From contig JAZDIV010000118.1 in assembly GCA_043804695.1 (NCBI GenBank), forward strand, positions 1 to 14,044: a stretch of DNA of 14,044 nucleotides. The letters run 5' to 3'. The first letter of the stretch is position 1; each line of letters begins with the position of its first letter. Source of the stretch: PVC group bacterium (lineage in GTDB: Bacteria; Auribacterota; Erginobacteria; Erginobacterales; Erginobacteraceae). Under the pieces are notes generated by a model that was given only the letters and a program-made list of their open reading frames with translations, did no database searches and was not told where the DNA came from. Made by a program: the position numbers and the translations under genes. Shown here piece after piece: positions 8,178 to 14,044 of the stretch.

Positions 8178-9311
8178 ATGGAGCAGAAAGATTATTATAA
8201 AATTCTCGGGGTCTCGAAGTCGGCTTCCCAGGACGAGATCAAGAAGGCCTACCGGAAGCTGGCCAAGGGGTGCCATCCGGATACGCACCCCGGCGATAAA
8301 CAGGCCGAGGAACACTTCAAGGAGATATCACAGGCCTATGACATCCTGGGGGATGAAAAGAAGCGGAAGCAGTATGACCAGATGAAGGATGCCTTCTCCC
8401 AGGGATTCCGTCCCGGGGGGTTTGACTTCAGCGGGACCGGCTTCGACCTCAACGATCTCCTCCGCCAGGCCGCCCGGGGCGGCGGGGGAGGAGGCCGGAC
8501 CGTTCACTACGAAGACCTCGGCGGTCTGGGGGGACTGGGGGACATCTTCAGCCAGTTTATGGACCAGGGAGCCCATTTCCGGCAGGCGCGGGCGGCCCCC
8601 CAGCGGGGCAGAGACCTCTCGGCCTCGGTGGCGATCACTTTTGATCAGGCGCTCAAGGGGGGGAAGGCGCGGCTGACCGTTCAGCGGCAGGAGAACTGCC
8701 CGGAGTGCGAAGGCACCGGCGCCGCGCCGGGGCGCGCCCCGCAGACCTGTCCCCAGTGCCGGGGGACCGGGACGGTTACCATGTCCCAGGGAGGGTTCGG
8801 GATCAGCCGCCCCTGTCCCCGCTGTTACGGGAAAGGGATGATCATCCCGCACCCGTGTCCACGCTGCGGCGGCAATGGAGTGGCCCCGGTTAGCAGAAAG
8901 GTGGCGGTAAAGATCCCGGCCGGTGTTTCTTCGGGAGCGAAGATCCGGCTCCAGGGGCAGGGCGAACCGGGCCCCGGCGGCGGCCCTCCCGGCGACCTGA
9001 TCCTCACGGTCGCGGTGGGGGAGAACCCGTATTTCACCCGGAAGGGGCCCGACCTCTACACCCGGGTCTCGATCGACATGACCACCGCCGCGCTGGGGGG
9101 GACCGCCGCCGTCCGGACTTTGACCGGCGAGGTCTCCCTGAAGATCCCCGCCGGAACCCAGCCGGGCTCGGTTCTGCGGCTGAAGAAGCAGGGGGCGCCC
9201 CGCCCGGGAACGGCCAGGAAGGGCGATCTGTTTGTTACGGTCGATGTCACCATCCCCCGGAAATTGACGCCCCGGCAGCAAGAGCTTCTGAAAAAATATA
9301 GTGAAGCTTAA
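8178..9311 (+). CDS. dnaJ: molecular chaperone DnaJ (class A)
   Basis: J domain with HPD, G/F-rich region with DIF motif, four CxxCxGxG repeats, C-terminal KIPAG/GDL repeats. Confidence 0.95.
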   Translation: MEQKDYYKILGVSKSASQDEIKKAYRKLAKGCHPDTHPGDKQAEEHFKEISQAYDILGDEKKRKQYDQMKDAFSQGFRPGGFDFSGTGFDLNDLLRQAARGGGGGGRTVHYEDLGGLGGLGDIFSQFMDQGAHFRQARAAPQRGRDLSASVAITFDQALKGGKARLTVQRQENCPECEGTGAAPGRAPQTCPQCRGTGTVTMSQGGFGISRPCPRCYGKGMIIPHPCPRCGGNGVAPVSRKVAVKIPAGVSSGAKIRLQGQGEPGPGGGPPGDLILTVAVGENPYFTRKGPDLYTRVSIDMTTAALGGTAAVRTLTGEVSLKIPAGTQPGSVLRLKKQGAPRPGTARKGDLFVTVDVTIPRKLTPRQQELLKKYSEA

Positions 9312-9362
9312 CCCGGATTATCCATGAAAATTTTTCAATTTTCATGGATAATCCGGGTTAAG
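9307..9362. repeat. perfect 26-bp inverted repeat (TAACCC...GGGTTA element); may also act as dnaJ terminator
   Basis: CTTAACCCGGATTATCCATGAAAATT-tttc-AATTTTCATGGATAATCCGGGTTAAG; overlaps dnaJ TAA. Confidence 0.85.
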
Positions 9363-9476
9363 ACATCTCAAAGCATTGTCTCGAAAAATACCCGTGACCG
9401 CCGCGCTCTTAAGGACGGATGAACAACTGCGGGGCCGGGTTCATAAATGGCAACACCAAATGGGAGGACAGGAGCA

Positions 9477-9638
9477 ATGAAAAAATGGGAATGCACGGTC
9501 TGCGGGTATATTTACGATCCCGAACAGGGGGATCCGGACGGCGGGATCGAACCGGGAACCCCCTTTGAAGACATCCCGGATGACTGGGTCTGCCCGGTCT
9601 GTGGAGTGGGGAAGGACCAATTCGAGGAGATCGGTTAG
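9477..9638 (+). CDS. rubredoxin (53 aa)
   Basis: [20 protein letters not shown]...[18 protein letters not shown], two CxxC motifs; SD AGGAG 9470-9474. Confidence 0.96.
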   Translation: MKKWECTVCGYIYDPEQGDPDGGIEPGTPFEDIPDDWVCPVCGVGKDQFEEIG

Positions 9639-9656
9639 CCCGGATTATTCATGAAA
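9635..9656. repeat. half copy (left arm) of the 9307-9362 palindrome
   Basis: TTAGCCCGGATTATTCATGAAA matches TTAACCCGGATTATCCATGAAA at 20/22; overlaps rubredoxin TAG. Confidence 0.7.
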
Positions 9657-9675
9657 GTACACGAAGGAATTCAAT

Positions 9676-10236
9676 GTGAAAGGAGCTAAAGCAGCCCATG
9701 TGCTTTTTTCCTCCCGGGAGATTCGCAGAAGAATCACCCGGATGGTTAAAGCCATCGAGAGGGACTACCGGGAAAAGGACCTGGTGGTGGTGGCGGTATT
9801 GAAGGGGAGTGTTCTCTTCCTGGCCGACCTGGTCCGGGGATTTTCCCGCCCGCTGGCGTTCGATTTCATCGGGGTCAGCAGTTACGGCTACTCCCGGACG
9901 TCCCTGGGGATGGTCACCCTGGAGAAGGAGATCAGCACCGATATCCAGGGGAAGGACGTTCTGGTGGTGGACGACATCCTCGATTCCGGCCGGACGCTGG
10001 GCTGGGTAAAAGAGCACCTGCGCAAGTTCAACCCCCGCTCGGTCAAGATTTGCGTGTTGCTGAGGAAAGAAGCGAAAAGGGTGATCGAGGTCGAAGCGGA
10101 TTACATCGGCTTCACGATCCCCGATGTCTTTATCTACGGGTATGGCCTGGATTACCGGGACCGCTATCGCCATCTGCCGTATATCGCGAAACTGGCCGAA
10201 GACGAGGTCCCCCCGGGAGAACCGGTTGCTGAATGA
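9676..10236 (+). CDS. hpt: hypoxanthine phosphoribosyltransferase
   Basis: VLKGSVLFLADL, SSYG, PRPP motif VLVVDDILDSGRTL, FIYGYGLDY, YRHLPYI; GTG start. Confidence 0.93.
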   Translation: MKGAKAAHVLFSSREIRRRITRMVKAIERDYREKDLVVVAVLKGSVLFLADLVRGFSRPLAFDFIGVSSYGYSRTSLGMVTLEKEISTDIQGKDVLVVDDILDSGRTLGWVKEHLRKFNPRSVKICVLLRKEAKRVIEVEADYIGFTIPDVFIYGYGLDYRDRYRHLPYIAKLAEDEVPPGEPVAE

Positions 10237-10295
10237 CGAAGAGGGAGAGCCAGAGAGAAGTGATGGTATGATCCAGCAGTATGAATGATATCAGC

Positions 10296-10324
10296 TTGAT
10301 TTGATGATTTCGGCGTGGTATCTT
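10296..10324 (+). promoter_or_regulatory. putative sigma70 promoter of tRNA-Gln
   Basis: TTGATT, 17 bp, TATCTT with TGn extended -10. Confidence 0.6.
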
Positions 10325-10352
10325 AGTTAAAAATTTTCGAAGAAAATTTTTA

Positions 10353-10423
10353 TGCGGGATCGTCTAGTGGTAGGACGGGTGACTCTGGATCACTTAGCCC
10401 AGGTTCGAATCCTGGTCCCGCAG
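10353..10423 (+). tRNA. tRNA-Gln (anticodon CTG), CCA not encoded
   Basis: Acceptor stem TGCGGGA/TCCCGCA with U1-A72, D arm, anticodon arm GGTGA-CT CTG GA-TCACT, T arm CCAGG-TTCGAAT-CCTGG, discriminator G. Confidence 0.95.
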
Positions 10424-10452
10424 TAAAAGAACCGCCTCATTGAGGCGATTGC

Positions 10453-10701
10453 ATGAATAGCAGAAAACTGCTTCGGATAGCTCTTTCAGGTTCGAAGAAC
10501 ATCCGGTTCGGGGATATGGTTGCCTTGGTGGAAGCGTTCGGATTCATATTATCCAGAACTCATGGGAGCCATCATATTTTCGCTCATCGGGAAATCCCTG
10601 AACTTATCAATCTTCAGAATGTAAAAGGTAAAGTTAAACCTTATCAAATCCGTCAATTTCTAAAATTAGTAGAACGGTATGATCTTTTGTTAGAGGATTG
10701 A
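10453..10701 (+). CDS. hicA: type II TA toxin, HicA family
   Basis: 82 aa, basic; GF.LSRTHGSHHIF with catalytic His, KPYQIRQ; followed by hicB. Confidence 0.9.
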   Translation: MNSRKLLRIALSGSKNIRFGDMVALVEAFGFILSRTHGSHHIFAHREIPELINLQNVKGKVKPYQIRQFLKLVERYDLLLED

Positions 10702-10703
10702 TC

Positions 10704-10931
10704 ATGAAGGACTATCATATCAATATCTTCTACAGCCAAGATGACGAAGGTTATATCGCCGATATTCCCGATCTGGATGCTTGCTCCGCTTTCGGAATAA
10801 CTCCTGACGAAGCTCTTCGCGAAGTGGAGATCGCCCGGGAAGCCTGGTTGAAGACCGCCGCCGCGGAAGGGAAACCGATACCAGAGCCTCGCTATCGGCC
10901 CGCGATCTATCAAACCGGCGCGGTGGCCTGA
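10704..10931 (+). CDS. hicB: type II TA antitoxin, short HicB family without C-terminal DNA-binding domain
   Basis: DEGYIADIPDLDACSAFGITPDEAL...WL...GKPIPEP; SD GAGGA 10693-10697; 75 aa. Confidence 0.9.
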   Translation: MKDYHINIFYSQDDEGYIADIPDLDACSAFGITPDEALREVEIAREAWLKTAAAEGKPIPEPRYRPAIYQTGAVA

Positions 10932-10936
10932 GTACC

Positions 10937-11007
10937 GGATCACTTAGCCCAGGTTCGAATCCTGGTCCCGCAGTAAAAGAACCGCCTCAATGAGGCGGTT
11001 CTTTTAC
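10937..11007 (+). repeat. second copy of tRNA-Gln 3' half plus terminator (att-like direct repeat)
   Basis: 10937-10997 matches 10387-10447 at 60/61; begins in the anticodon loop. Confidence 0.92.
10973..11007. terminator. intrinsic terminator, probably bidirectional
   Basis: GTAAAAGAACCGCCTCA-a-TGAGGCGGTTCTTTTAC, perfect IR with A/T tracts. Confidence 0.85.
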
Positions 11008-11086
11008 GTTAAGAAGTTGGATACGGGGAGTCATATCGCCGTTCTGATCGATGGGAAGTATCGGTGGAATATCGTACAGAAATATG

Positions 11087-11116
11087 TTGACTAACGCCAG
11101 AGAAACGCACTACATT
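11087..11116 (+). promoter_or_regulatory. putative promoter giving a leaderless phd-vapC mRNA
   Basis: TTGACT, 18 bp, TACATT; ATG 6 nt downstream; no SD. Confidence 0.55.
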
Positions 11117-11122
11117 GGTCAC

Positions 11123-11374
11123 ATGATAACAACTCTGAGAGAAAGCAAAACGAAGCTGAGCGCCCTGATAGCTTTGGCGCAAGCCGGCGAAGAGGTGATC
11201 ATTACCGTGAGAGGAAAACCCAAAGCAAGACTCTCGGCAATTCGTCCGCTGTCGGCTGTTGACATATCCGGTTGGAAAAAGGAGCTGAAATCATTGCATC
11301 GTAAGTGCGGCACGGGAAAGAGAACTGCCGGTTCCCCGGCAATCCTGAATCAGCTTCGGGAGGAACGCTCTTGA
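11123..11374 (+). CDS. Phd/YefM family antitoxin
   Basis: MITTLRESKTKLSALI...GEEVIITVRGKPKARL; stop overlaps toxin start (TTGA). Confidence 0.88.
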   Translation: MITTLRESKTKLSALIALAQAGEEVIITVRGKPKARLSAIRPLSAVDISGWKKELKSLHRKCGTGKRTAGSPAILNQLREERS

Positions 11375-11823
11375 TCTATTGGGACACTTCGTGTGTGCTT
11401 AAGCTTTACACACCGGAAGATGACTCCGGAGTCTATCTGAGCATGGCGGATGAATCCAGTGAACCTCTTTTTTCAAGCGAGGTGCTCGATACGGAGTTGT
11501 TCTATGCTCTTTGCCAGAAGGAGATTCGCGGCTATATCAAAACGGGATGGGCCGATCGGCTGCACCAAAAGTTTTGCGCCGATGTTGAAAAAGGACGTCT
11601 GGTGCTGTTGGCTGTTGGACATGATGTATTTGCTCAAGCTGTTGAAATCGCCCGGCGCTGTTATAAGCGGAAGCCTCCCGTGATGCTCCGAACTCTCGAC
11701 GGGATTCACCTGGGCACGGCTCTGGCGGCCAAATGCAGTGAGATTATCACGACAGACCGGTGTATGCGGCAAGGGGCTGAGTTAATGGGCTTGCCGCTTG
11801 GCACGGCAACGAATCGTTACTGA
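11371..11823 (+). CDS. vapC: PIN-domain toxin, VapC family
   Basis: TTG start with SD GGAGG; IYWDTS, conserved E, LRTLDGIHL, IITTD acidic PIN residues; 150 aa. Confidence 0.88.
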   Translation: MIYWDTSCVLKLYTPEDDSGVYLSMADESSEPLFSSEVLDTELFYALCQKEIRGYIKTGWADRLHQKFCADVEKGRLVLLAVGHDVFAQAVEIARRCYKRKPPVMLRTLDGIHLGTALAAKCSEIITTDRCMRQGAELMGLPLGTATNRY

Positions 11824-11847
11824 ATTGAAGTTCATGGTTATTCTTTT

Positions 11848-11989
11848 GGTTAAGACTGACGCCAGAATGAGCCATCTGGCTGTCATTCATCGCCGGCGAA
11901 TTTGATAAAATCAACATATTTTCGTGTGGCCGTTCATTCAGTCTATGTCATTGTTAAAAACTAACCCGATTTATGAATAAATCGGGTTA
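11848..11989. repeat. 142-bp element, copy A, ending in a 30-bp palindrome
   Basis: About 87% identical and ungapped versus 12356-12497; CTAACCCGATTTAT-ga-ATAAATCGGGTTAG at 11961-11990. Confidence 0.9.
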
Positions 11990-12053
11990 GCCCAGGTTCG
12001 AATCCTGGTCCCGCGGTAAAAGGACCGCCTCATTGAGGCGGTCCTTTTACGTT
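11987..12053 (+). repeat. third copy of tRNA-Gln 3' end plus terminator
   Basis: TTAGCCCAGGTTCGAATCCTGGTCCCGCGG then GTAAAAGGACCGCCTCA-t-TGAGGCGGTCCTTTTAC (12016-12050). Confidence 0.9.
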
Positions 12054-12181
12054 TTAACAAAGCCGATGATTTCATAATAGAACAGGCATGCCCCACGACC
12101 TTGGCACCCCCCGAGACTGCAGGGCAGTTTTTCGGGTGAATAAGTTTATCAGCTACAAAGCCACCCAGCCACCAAAGACCC

Positions 12182-12205
12182 CCACGGGCTTGCCCGTGGA
12201 TGAAT
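12182..12205. repeat. IS200/IS605-end or REP-like hairpin
   Basis: CCACGGGC-tt-GCCCGTGG followed by ATGAAT; resembles HUH (Y1) transposase subterminal hairpins; no transposase adjacent. Confidence 0.5.
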
Positions 12206-12310
12206 CAGTTCAGTAGCTATCGTTCCCAGTCATTATCCCCCAACCGATATTTTTACCCCTGCATCCCGCCGCCGCATTCCGGATTCTTCTCATGCTTTCA
12301 ACCATGAGCA

Positions 12311-12361
12311 TATTAGACAAATCGTTTCGATCGAAATGATTTGTCTAATAAACTGGGTTAA
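12311..12361. repeat. 40-bp near-perfect palindrome with GGGTTAA right end
   Basis: TATTAGACAAATCGTTTCGA|TCGAAATGATTTGTCTAATA (1 mismatch) then AACTGGGTTAA. Confidence 0.8.
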
Positions 12362-12497
12362 GACTGCCGCCAGAATTAACAATTTGGCTGTAATTCATTG
12401 CCGGAGAATTTGATAAAATCAACATATTACCGTGTTGCCGTTCTCTTAACTTTTGTCATTGTTCAAAACTAACCCGATTTATGAATAAATCGGGTTA
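12356..12497. repeat. 142-bp element, copy B
   Basis: Direct repeat of 11848-11989 at offset 508. Confidence 0.9.
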
Positions 12498-12501
12498 ATC
12501 G

Positions 12502-13100
12502 TTAGATCAAAAGCGGGAGAATGTCCTAGAAACGATCGATGGTGTAGGTGGGGCTGTAATCGGTTTCCCCTTCCTGGGCGACGTTTCTTTTTCGGATCGA
12601 GGCGGCCGAATAATAATTTAATTTATTCCGCGCCTCCGGGGTGATGACGGTGCCATAGCGGGCCCAGATGTCGGCTATCCCCATCTCCTGGGCGATCCGG
12701 ATATCCTTCTTGCGGTTATCTTCTACCAGGACCGCCTGCCCGGGAGAGATCCCTTCCTCCTCCAGCAGGAGCCGGACCCCGGCTGGGTTGGGCTTTTCAT
12801 ATTCCAGTGGCATCTGGACCACTTTCCCCACCCGGGAACGGTAGAACCCGGTTTTAATCCGGTTGATGATCAGTTTGTCCAGCAGGGGTTCTTCCGGGAG
12901 GGGATAGGTCTGGAGGGCGTAGAGGGCCCAGATATACTGTGAGACCTCGAGGTGCTCCAGCCGCTGTTCGGCGGAGAATGCCATGGCGTCGCTGAGGACG
13001 ATGATCCGGATGCCGTTATTGATGAGTTTCCACATCGTCCGGGCGACACCGGGGTAGAGCTTGAGGGTTTTTCGACGGGTCTGGCTGAAAATGTGCCGGG
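12502..13100 (-). pseudogene. HAD-superfamily hydrolase, 5'-truncated
   Basis: LYPGV, motif II VLSDA, motif III EKPNP, motif IV-like VEDNRKKDI; motif I (DxD) missing because the 5' end is replaced by transposase DNA; TAG at 12526-12528 followed in frame by DILPLLI-TAA. Confidence 0.75.
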
Positions 13101-13615
13101 CGCGCGTCATCACGTTTCTGCTGGACAAAGGCCTTCTTCCACCCGAGCGCGCCCGGACGCTGCGCGGCTGGAAGCACTCCGGATTCAATCTCCACCGCAG
13201 CCGGCGAGTGGCGCCCGATGAAGGCGAGGACCGGGAGCGGCTCGCCCAGTACATCATCAGGAGCCCGTTCTCGCTCGAAAAGATGCGCGTCACCGACCCC
13301 GGCGACGCCATCGTCTACCGCTCCGAAATGAACCCCAAGATCAAGCGCAATTTTGAGGTCTTCAGCCCCACCGACTTCATCCGCCTTCGCTCTTCGAGCT
13401 GCGGCGGACAGGTCGCCGCTGTGTTTTTCCGAGAGTGGCTTGCCCGCCGTAGCCTCCGGCGGAGGCGGGTACTCCAACAAGATGCGCGGGCAGCGAGATA
13501 AACGGACGGCTAAACTGGGACTCCCGTCGAGGAATTCATCGAGACCATCATCGAACCCTGGCTTGATGATGATCCCTTCCCGGATCACGAGCAGGAACCG
13601 GTATTCATGGCGTGA
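13097..13615 (+). pseudogene. IS91-family (HUH Y2-type) transposase, C-terminal fragments
   Basis: RARVITFLLDKGLL..WKHSGFNLH, ERLAQYIIRSPFSLEKM, PTDFI; YSNKMRG in a second frame; acidic tail IEPWLDDDPFPDHEQEPVFMA* back in the first frame. Confidence 0.75.
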
Positions 13616-13843
13616 GCCGTTTGCAGCACCGGCACGTCCACCGTACGTTCGCCGTCCGCCGGTTTTCCCCCGCAAACGCCTCCCCGCCGCGGTGCGGAGT
13701 GATCAACAGGCTCTGAGCCCGGCCGACCGCACTTCGCGCTTGCCTTCTCCGCGCTTTTCATCCACAATTCAAACCATGAAGCTCCCTCATCATCCTGGAA
13801 AAGGGGTGGTCGCCGGGAAAGTGCGAAAAGCGATTTCTTATCA
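13097..13843 (+). mobile_element. IS91-like rolling-circle element remnant with putative oriIS end
   Basis: Transposase fragments plus AAAAGCGATTTCTTATCA (13826-13843), resembling the IS91/ISCR ori-end motif about 210 bp after the stop. Confidence 0.55.
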
Positions 13844-14044
13844 ATTTAATTTCAGAAGCTGCTCCAGCGATATGATGCCAGACGGGGAGGATCACCGGTT
13901 AACGGAGCTTCCCCCCATTCATTGGACAGCTCCAGCACTAAAATAAGCTAATGACTCCTGGACATCGCACCTCCATGTTGTATTGTTTATCTTCCCGCTC
14001 CCCAGGGGAGCGGCGCCGCGCCCCTGTTTTCGGGCTTCCATCGC

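Noticed and set aside
10937..10973. tRNA half acting as a decoy or antitoxin RNA for VapC
   Set aside because: Starting in the anticodon loop is already explained by integrase crossover; no independent support
11051..11370. Longer ORF-track starts for the antitoxin (11051) and toxin (11305)
   Set aside because: Family homology starts at 11123 and 11371, matching the promoter, SD and TTGA overlap
10387..12053. Repeats read as a CRISPR array or additional tRNA genes
   Set aside because: Spacers are 0.5-1 kb and gene-containing, no cas genes; copies 2 and 3 lack the tRNA 5' half
13016..13946. ORFs 13016-13675 (-) and 13353-13946 (+) as genes
   Set aside because: They run across transposase fragments and IS non-coding DNA; only the YSNKMRG segment is meaningful
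13845..13976. Minus-strand GGAGG plus ATG at 13965
   Set aside because: Stops after five codons (MSRSH*); downstream frames show no recognisable protein

Overview
GC-rich bacterial chromosomal window in three parts. (1) 1-8050: a sigma70-like promoter and structured leader precede a GlgE-pathway alpha-glucan pair (glgE, apparently lacking its helical S domain, and glgM/GlgA-type GT4). Next come a short ACT-like ORF, a GT-C-like membrane protein, a GH99-like lipoprotein and a TMTC-like membrane/TPR protein. (2) 8100-10423: dnaJ, rubredoxin, hpt and tRNA-Gln(CUG). (3) 10387-14044: an accessory region. The tRNA 3' half plus terminator occurs three times, bracketing two integrase-free mini-islands, one carrying hicAB and one carrying phd/vapC. 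A 142-bp duplicated element, a HAD hydrolase pseudogene and an internally deleted IS91-like transposase remnant follow; the remnant carries two in-frame mini-palindrome insertions. A family of TAACCC...GGGTTA palindromes is scattered through the window, twice overlapping stop codons. All calls come from motif recognition by eye; no database searches were run.
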